A DNA stretch of 64,000 nucleotides, taken from contig JAJRWA010000024.1 of assembly GCA_024277025.1 (NCBI GenBank), positions 1,040 through 65,039 on the forward strand, written 5' to 3'. Made by a program: the position numbers and the translations under genes. Within the stretch, counting starts at the first letter, position 1. Every line of letters begins with the position of its first letter. The notes beneath the pieces are model-generated. The model did no database searches and was not told where the DNA came from. It worked only from the letters and a program-made list of their open reading frames with translations. The stretch is from Candidatus Krumholzibacteriota bacterium (lineage in GTDB: Bacteria > Krumholzibacteriota > Krumholzibacteriia > LZORAL124-64-63). Positions 58,034 through 64,000 of the stretch are shown here, in pieces.

Positions 58034-59407
58034 TTACCCCGGGATCTCCAGACCCATGTCCGTGTACAGGTTGAGCTTGTTGCGCAGGGTGCGCACGCTG
58101 ATGCCCAGTTCCTGGGCGGCCTGTGTGCGATTGCCGCGCGTATTCTCCAGTTTGCGCATGATCAGCTCACGCTCCATGTCTTTGAGGGTCATGTCCTGGG
58201 ACAGGCCGCTGGCGCGGTCGGTGGCATCCATCTCTTCGCTCAGACCAAGGATTTCCTCGTCCAGGCAGTCGTCGTTGCTGAGGATCACCGCCCGTTCGAG
58301 CACGTTCTGCAGTTGCCGGACATTGCCCGGCCAGTCCATGGCCAGCAGGCAGCGCATGGCCGACTCGGTGATCTCCAGCAACGGCTTGTTGTTCTCGGCG
58401 CAGAAGTTCTGGCAGAAGTGGGCCGCCAACAGCGGGATATCGTCCTTGCGCAAACGCAGCGGCACGATCCGCAGCGGAATCACGTTCAAGCGAAAATAGA
58501 GGTCTTCCCGGAAGTTGTGCGCCTTGATCTCTTCCTTCAGGTTCCGGTTCGTCGTGGCGATGATGCGCACGTCGGCCTTGGTGGCGTACTTGGCACCCAG
58601 CCGCATGAACTCCCGCTCCTGCAGCACGCGCAGCAGCTTGGCTTGCATGGCAAACGGCATCTCGCTGATTTCGTCCAGCAGCAGCGTGCCGCCGTCCGCC
58701 AGTTCGAACTTGCCCTGCCTGGTGCCGACCGCGCCGGTGAAGGCGCCGCGCTCATAGCCGAACAGTTCGGATTCCAGCAGGGCTTCCGGGATCGCCGCAC
58801 AATTGATCCGGATGAAGGGCCCGTTGGCCCGATTGCCGGACTCATGGATGGCCCGGGCGACCACTTCCTTGCCGGTGCCGCTTTCGCCCTGCAGCAGCAC
58901 CGTGCCGCGGCTGTCGGCGATCATGGCGATCTTCTCCCGCATCTGGACCATGGCCGGATTGTTGCCCAGCAGACCCTTGTGCTCGGAACGTTCGGCCACG
59001 TTGGTGCGCAGCGACTTGTTCTCCGTCTTCAGCTCGGCGAACTCGAATGCGCGTTTCACCGCGTGATCCAACTGGTCCATGCCGAATGGCTTGGTCAGGA
59101 AATCCTGGGCCCCCTTGCGGGTCGCCTCCAGCGCCAGTTCGATCGAGCCGAAAGCCGTCATCATCACGACCAGCGGCTGATAGTCAAGATGGGTCCTGAT
59201 GTCGCTCAGCAGTTCCATGCCGCCCCGGCCGGGCATCTGCATATCCGACAGCACGAGATCGATCTTCTCGGCCCTGAGCACCGCCATCGCTTCGGTTCCG
59301 TCGCCCGCGGTGTGCACCTGGTAGCGGCTCTTGAGGGACGTGGCGAGAAAATCCCGCATGGTCTGCTCGTCGTCGACTACCAGGATCGTGTGCTTCATGG
59401 TCATCAT
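58034..59407 (-). CDS. sigma-54-dependent response regulator (FlgR/FleR/FlrC-like)
   Basis: Receiver (VVDDE, LSDMQMP, TKPF), GESGTGKE, ERGAFTGA, WPGNVRQL, HTH GISVRTLRNKL; 3 nt upstream of flgB. Confidence 0.92.
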   Translation of the reverse strand: MMTMKHTILVVDDEQTMRDFLATSLKSRYQVHTAGDGTEAMAVLRAEKIDLVLSDMQMPGRGGMELLSDIRTHLDYQPLVVMMTAFGSIELALEATRKGAQDFLTKPFGMDQLDHAVKRAFEFAELKTENKSLRTNVAERSEHKGLLGNNPAMVQMREKIAMIADSRGTVLLQGESGTGKEVVARAIHESGNRANGPFIRINCAAIPEALLESELFGYERGAFTGAVGTRQGKFELADGGTLLLDEISEMPFAMQAKLLRVLQEREFMRLGAKYATKADVRIIATTNRNLKEEIKAHNFREDLYFRLNVIPLRIVPLRLRKDDIPLLAAHFCQNFCAENNKPLLEITESAMRCLLAMDWPGNVRQLQNVLERAVILSNDDCLDEEILGLSEEMDATDRASGLSQDMTLKDMERELIMRKLENTRGNRTQAAQELGISVRTLRNKLNLYTDMGLEIPG

Positions 59408-59462
59408 CTGCCTTTCTTCTGCCGTGACAGCCGACCGCAGTCGGCCTCGCTCCATCGCTGTC

Positions 59463-60161
59463 CTAGATCGCTGCGGCCACTTCAACGGTGACTGCGGTGC
59501 CTTCGCCGGGCCTGCTGTGCAGCGCCCAGGCCAGACCGTACATGTCCAACAGGGTTTCCACGCGCGTCAGTCCGACACCGACATGGTTCTCCTTGGTCGT
59601 CAGGAAGGGAGTCGTGACCTGTTTGATCAGGTCAGGCTCGATACCGGGGCCGTTGTCCTGCAGGGTCAGCGCAACCCGCCCGGTCGGCTGCGTGGTCGCC
59701 GTTACCGTCACGGTGACGGGCGCGGGCGTGCCCCGTCGCCCCTCGCTGGCGTTGCACAACACCTCGGTCAGAACCAGACACAGATCCGCCCGCGGCAACA
59801 GCAGCTCCCCATGGGGCAGGCGGCCGCTGAGCACGCGCAGCCCGGGGCACTTGTCCTCGCAGACGCTGAAAACGTCGGCCAGCAGGCCGGGCAGATCCAC
59901 GCCGACGTCCGGGTGGCGCCGCGGCGCCGTCAGGTCCCCGACGGACCGGAATATCTCTTCCATCTTCTCGACTTCAGTGATGATCTTGCGCGCCCAGTGG
60001 GCCGGATCGGCCAGGGCCAGGTCCGGCGCCGCGATCAGGCTGGCGTACCCCTTGATGCCGCACAGGGTGTTGCTGGTCTTGTGCAGGTAGCCATGCAGCA
60101 GGCGACGGTCATGGCCGCCGTCCGGCTCGGTCCTGGTCGGGCTTTCGAGCAGTAGCGTCAT
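59463..60161 (-). CDS. minimal histidine kinase without a sensor domain
   Basis: H-box-like YLHKTSNTLCGIKGYA, N-box EVLCNA, QDNGPGI, PFLTTK, VGVGL; 232 aa, no TM. Confidence 0.8.
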   Translation of the reverse strand: MTLLLESPTRTEPDGGHDRRLLHGYLHKTSNTLCGIKGYASLIAAPDLALADPAHWARKIITEVEKMEEIFRSVGDLTAPRRHPDVGVDLPGLLADVFSVCEDKCPGLRVLSGRLPHGELLLPRADLCLVLTEVLCNASEGRRGTPAPVTVTVTATTQPTGRVALTLQDNGPGIEPDLIKQVTTPFLTTKENHVGVGLTRVETLLDMYGLAWALHSRPGEGTAVTVEVAAAI

Positions 60162-60544
60162 CAGATGGTTCTCGCCTGTTCGATGAGGTACAAGTCGTTC
60201 TTTTCTTCACAGGACAGGATCTCTTCGATGAGGTGAGTCACCTGGGTCAGCGACTCCCGCAGCCGGTTCCGGTTGTTGGCGGAGAACTCCTGCCGGCGCC
60301 GTTCCCATTCCTGCTTGTGCCGGGCTTCCATCAGTTCCAGCCGGCCAATCACGTCGAGGCAGCTCTTCTTCTTTTGCAGGACCTGGCGCACCTCGGCCAG
60401 GCCACCGCCGCGACGGACGATGTCACCCTGTTGGCGGGACAACTCCAGCACCTGCCCGTAGATCTGTCGTTCCTCCTCGTACAGGTTCAACAGGCGCTGC
60501 AGCAGGACGCCTTCATCACGGCCGGTAGTAGTTGGCGAGGCCAT
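60161..60544 (-). CDS. FlgN/FliT-like helical chaperone candidate
   Basis: About 127 aa, all-helical: LLNLYEEERQIYGQVLELSRQQ...LQKKKSCLDVI; coupled to the kinase by an overlapping stop/start. Confidence 0.6.
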   Translation of the reverse strand: MASPTTTGRDEGVLLQRLLNLYEEERQIYGQVLELSRQQGDIVRRGGGLAEVRQVLQKKKSCLDVIGRLELMEARHKQEWERRRQEFSANNRNRLRESLTQVTHLIEEILSCEEKNDLYLIEQARTI

Positions 60545-61583
60545 AGGGTTCACCTCCCGCCTTGATGCGTTCGAGTTCCTGGGCAATCGGCGCCATGGCA
60601 CAGGCCTGGTCCTGCCAACTGCCGAAGCGTGTGCCTTCGCAGACCTGCTGAAAACCATTGGCCGCGCTCAAATAGCGGGTGGCGATGAAATCGAGTCCGG
60701 CCAGCTGGTACTGCCCCCACAGCCTGAGTTTCAGGACGCGGCACTCCTTGAGCACACCGTACAATTCGCGGGCGGTCCGGCTGTCTCCGCCCAGGAAGAA
60801 GCCGTCCGGCAATGCGGTCAGCACCCAGCCGCGCTGTCCCTCGGTTAGCCCGGCGCTCAGGCCGCCGCTGAGTACGAGTTCCCGCAGTTGGACCAGCGAT
60901 TCCGCGGTCCGGCCCAGCCAGTTCAGGGCGTAGGCGTGCCAGAAGCGCACGCGGTTGTTGAAGGCGTCCGGATGGGAACCGGTTTTCTGGACCAGGTGCG
61001 CGAGCGTGTCGCTGTCCTGCTCGGTCAGCAGCCAGCGGTAGGCCAGCACCAGTTCGTCCTGCCGGCCGGCGAGCTCCGACGCCCCGAGGGTATTGGTCAG
61101 CAGTTGCGCCATGGCCAGGGAATCATCGGCCGACGCGGCGCAGGCCAGTCCTTCACGGGCGATTTCGTGGGTAAAGCTGCCGCTTGAATCGATTTGCGCG
61201 GCGAGGTTGTACCAGACCAGGGCGCTGTCGTACTCGCTGAGATTCACGTAGTTGCGAGCGTTGGCCAGCGCCATCAGGGTCGACTGCAAGTTGCCGTTGC
61301 CGCGGTTGTTCCAGGTGGCTTCCAGCTCCGAGACGGCTTTGCTGATGCTCAGGTGCCGGTAGGGGCGCGGGTTGTCCAGATCCCAGGCCGGCAGGTCGAA
61401 GGGAAACAGCAGATTGGCCTCCGGCAGGTCCGCCGCCTCGCGGGCTGCCACGGCCTCTTCCAGCGAATGCATCCACTGCAGATAGCCATCGGCCTCGGCC
61501 GCTGACATACCGGATGTCTCACCACAGGCGCTCCCGGCCGCGAACAGCCCGCACGCAGCCAGCACGAGAACCACCAGTTTCAT
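60516..61583 (-). CDS. hypothetical secreted TPR-like protein
   Basis: Signal peptide MKLVVLVLAACGLFAAG; repeated helical pairs (YDSALVWYNLA, FWHAYALNWLG, WGQYQLAG); ATG with GGGAG. Confidence 0.7.
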   Translation of the reverse strand: MKLVVLVLAACGLFAAGSACGETSGMSAAEADGYLQWMHSLEEAVAAREAADLPEANLLFPFDLPAWDLDNPRPYRHLSISKAVSELEATWNNRGNGNLQSTLMALANARNYVNLSEYDSALVWYNLAAQIDSSGSFTHEIAREGLACAASADDSLAMAQLLTNTLGASELAGRQDELVLAYRWLLTEQDSDTLAHLVQKTGSHPDAFNNRVRFWHAYALNWLGRTAESLVQLRELVLSGGLSAGLTEGQRGWVLTALPDGFFLGGDSRTARELYGVLKECRVLKLRLWGQYQLAGLDFIATRYLSAANGFQQVCEGTRFGSWQDQACAMAPIAQELERIKAGGEPYGLANYYRP

Positions 61584-61653
61584 TTTGCTCCCAGTTTTTG
61601 ACATGGCTCGATTTTCCCAGGTGTGGAATGTTCGGTCGTTTTGGCAGGGAATC

Positions 61654-61668
61654 GCAAAGGCCATGCCC
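61654..61668 (-). promoter_or_regulatory. sigma-54 promoter heading the flgB-fliJ operon
   Basis: GGGCATGGCCTTTGC (GG-N10-GC, TTGC). Confidence 0.7.
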
Positions 61669-61742
61669 CCATTCACCTGGGCTGAGCCCCGAGGGGAAGA
61701 ATATTCAGGGCGGTCGGCAGGTCAATCCGCCGGTTCCACAAA

Positions 61743-61768
61743 ATGGCTTACACAAGGGTGTTAGCCAT
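61743..61768. promoter_or_regulatory. inverted repeat, candidate upstream activator sequence
   Basis: ATGGCTTACAC-AAGG-GTGTTAGCCAT (10 of 11 paired), 75-100 bp upstream of the -24 box. A second small palindrome, GTAAA-TGT-TTTAC, lies at 61773-61785. Confidence 0.5.
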
Positions 61769-61902
61769 ATCGGTAAATGTTTTACTTTAGAATCGCGCGG
61801 GCCGTCGCGGATACAGCCCAGAACCATGGGAGCGCCCACGACACCGCGCATGTGGCCAGATTGTGGTCAGGAGTTGGTCAGCTTCGGTCGGGGAAAACAT
61901 TG

Positions 61903-61930
61903 CCGGGGATGGCCGGTCGGCCACCCCCGG
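61903..61930 (-). terminator. intrinsic terminator candidate after the upstream response regulator
   Basis: CCGGGG-A-TGGCCG-GT-CGGCCA-C-CCCCGG stem, then CAATGTTTT on the minus strand, 25 nt after the stop. Confidence 0.55.
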
Positions 61931-61954
61931 ACAGCAGGGTCTTTCTTGCCGGGG

Positions 61955-63424
61955 TCAGCCCTCGGCTTCGTCGGCCTGCAGCTCTGTCTCCCGGGCCGCC
62001 TCATACAGGCGCAGCTTCTCGCGCAGGGTCTGGCGGCTGATACCCAGCACCCGGGCGGCCTTGCTCTTGTTGTTCTCGGTCATTTCCAGCGTGTACAGGA
62101 TCTGCAGGCGCTCCACCTCGGACAAGGGCATCAAGCCGGTGGCTGCCCCGAAGGCCTGCTGGCGCGACGAGGACCGCGGGTTGTGTCCGGCCAGAATGTG
62201 ATCCGGGAAATGGCCCGGCTCCAGGTGGACCGGCGCCTCCAGAATCATGATCCGTTTGAGGACATTGCGCAGTTCGCGGACGTTGCCTGGCCAGGGATAC
62301 TTCTGGAGCAGCTCGAGCAGGCCCGCATCGATCGGGCCGGTGGTCATGCCCAGTTGTCCGTTGAACTCGCTGACGAAGGCGTTGATCAGGATCTCCAGAT
62401 CCTGGGGACGTTCGCGCAGGGGAGGCACGTCGATCTCGATCACCTGCAGCCGGTAGTAGAGGTCGTTGCGGAAGGTGCCCGCCTCGATGGCTTCGCGCAA
62501 CTGACGGTTTGTCGCCGCGACGATCCGCGCTTTGACCTCGAAGTCGTCCTTGCCGCCGACCCGCCGATACCGCCGGTTCTCCAACACCCGCAGCAGCCGG
62601 CTTTGCAGCAGAACCCCCATCTCACCGATCTCGTCCATGAAAATGGAACCGCCGCCAGCCAACTCGAACAAGCCTTCCTTGTTGGTCTTGGCGTCCGTGA
62701 AGGCCCCCTTGACGTGGCCGAAGAGCTCACTTTCCAGCAGGTTCTCCGGCAGCGCCGCGCAATTGATTTCCATGAAGCGGTCGCCGCTGCCCTGGCTCAC
62801 TTCATGAACCGCGCGCGCCACGATTTCCTTGCCGGACCCGGATTCCCCCTGGATCAGGATCGGCGTGTCGTTGCCGCTGCGGCTGTTGCCGATCTTTTCC
62901 AGGATGGCCCCGACCCGGGACAGGCCGGGACAGGCCTTGATCATCTGCATATAGTGGCCGTCCAGATCCGGCGCCTTGCGCGCCGCCGTGGCCTTGCTTC
63001 CGGTTGGCGCCTGCTCGGCTGCCGTCCCCGCAACTTCCGCCGCCGGCGCGGTCGTCTCCACCGTCGCCCGCAGAGCCGCCCGCACCTGCTTCTTGATCGC
63101 ACTGAGCTTGAACGGCTTGGGGATGAAGTCGTAGGCGCCGCCGCGCATGGCGCTGACCGCGGTATCGACATCGCCATAGGCCGTCATCATGATGACCGGC
63201 GTCTCGTTGCCCTGGTTGCGCAGGGCCTGCAGTATCTCCAGCCCGCTGACTCCGGGCAGCCTCAGGTCGGTGATCACCAGATCGTAGACCGTGTTGTGGG
63301 TGCGCGCGAGGGCCTCTTCGCCTGACTCGGCGATCTCGGCCTCGTAGCCCTCGGCAGCGAGGGATTCCCGCAACGATTCCCGAATCGTAACTTCATCATC
63401 CACAATCAGGATTCTGGCGCTCAT
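61955..63424 (-). CDS. sigma-54-dependent response regulator (NtrC/AtoC family)
   Basis: ILIVDDE, ITDLRLP, IPKPF, GESGSGKE, GAFTDA, WPGNVREL, GISRQTLREKL. Confidence 0.93.
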   Translation of the reverse strand: MSARILIVDDEVTIRESLRESLAAEGYEAEIAESGEEALARTHNTVYDLVITDLRLPGVSGLEILQALRNQGNETPVIMMTAYGDVDTAVSAMRGGAYDFIPKPFKLSAIKKQVRAALRATVETTAPAAEVAGTAAEQAPTGSKATAARKAPDLDGHYMQMIKACPGLSRVGAILEKIGNSRSGNDTPILIQGESGSGKEIVARAVHEVSQGSGDRFMEINCAALPENLLESELFGHVKGAFTDAKTNKEGLFELAGGGSIFMDEIGEMGVLLQSRLLRVLENRRYRRVGGKDDFEVKARIVAATNRQLREAIEAGTFRNDLYYRLQVIEIDVPPLRERPQDLEILINAFVSEFNGQLGMTTGPIDAGLLELLQKYPWPGNVRELRNVLKRIMILEAPVHLEPGHFPDHILAGHNPRSSSRQQAFGAATGLMPLSEVERLQILYTLEMTENNKSKAARVLGISRQTLREKLRLYEAARETELQADEAEG

Positions 63425-64000
63425 CTGGCGTCCTCCTTCTCGGTCAACTGCTGTTGGTCGGTCGCGCCCCCGTCGGGCAGCAACACGCGGAACACGGTCC
63501 TGCCGTCTTCGTGCTCGGCCACGATGTCTCCACCGTGGGCCGTCACGATCTTGTGGCAGATCGAAAGCCCCAGCCCGGTGCCGGAGCTCTTGGTCGTATA
63601 GAATGGCCTGAATAGCTTGGGCTTCTGCTCGGCCTTGAAGCCAGGTCCGTCGTCGGTGACCTCGACCACCAGGCCCGGCGTGGTCTGGCGCAGACCCGTA
63701 CGCGCATCCGGCAACTCCAATTGCTGCCGCGCGAAGATCGCCAAACGGACGCGGCCGTCACGCGGCGCCGCGTCGATGGCGTTGATCAGCAGATTCAGCA
63801 GAACCTGTTTGATCTGGTTGCCATCGACGCCGATGACCAGGTCGGCCACCGTTTGATCCGCCGGCAGATCAGCGAACTCCAATATCACGTTTCTGGCCGC
63901 AGCCTGCGGCCGCACCAATTCGAGCACGTCCCGCCCCAGCGGCCCGAAAGCCGTTTCATTCAGGCGCGGTTGGTAGGGCCGCACGTAGTTCAGCATCCGG
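63421..64000 (-). CDS. sensor histidine kinase, C-terminal HATPase part (5' end outside the window)
   Basis: QIKQVLLNLLINAIDA, TDDGPGF, PFYTTKSSGTGLGL; overlapping stop/start with the regulator. Confidence 0.92.
   Translation of the reverse strand, partial: RMLNYVRPYQPRLNETAFGPLGRDVLELVRPQAAARNVILEFADLPADQTVADLVIGVDGNQIKQVLLNLLINAIDAAPRDGRVRLAIFARQQLELPDARTGLRQTTPGLVVEVTDDGPGFKAEQKPKLFRPFYTTKSSGTGLGLSICHKIVTAHGGDIVAEHEDGRTVFRVLLPDGGATDQQQLTEKEDAR

Overview
High-GC bacterial chromosome segment. All genes are on the minus strand except one LysM lytic transglycosylase. 1-22.5 kb: housekeeping run (purC, purH, an M6 metalloprotease with a C-terminal sorting-type domain, an SLT transglycosylase, secA, a DUF494-like gene, topA, trmFO, xerC, hslV, hslU, argF, an Ig-like lipoprotein, dapF, dapA). 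22.6-33 kb: comEC, a GGDEF cyclase, an MltD-like protein, a PorV-family barrel, a sigma-54 activator and two HDOD proteins. 33-64 kb: a basal-body, hook, motor and export flagellar cluster (flgB to fliA) headed by two histidine kinase / sigma-54 regulator pairs, with four near-consensus sigma-54 promoters. The PorV-family gene, the sorting-domain protease and D-S/T-hydrophobic sequon enrichment suggest an FCB-group lineage (inference, not tested). Main oddities: (1) fliG and flbD each carry one in-frame TAG, and both lie in a CTAGG context one C-to-T change from CCAGG, so a methylation-linked mutation or sequencing artefact is a serious alternative to biology; (2) FlhF has lost all GTPase motifs and flhG is absent from its usual position; (3) FliM lacks the CheY-binding motif; (4) a sensor-less histidine kinase and an unknown secreted TPR-like protein head the flagellar operon; (5) a canonical EF-hand loop is inserted in the PorV-family protein. 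No rRNA, tRNA, CRISPR array or mobile element was seen. All family assignments come from motif recognition by eye; no database search was run.
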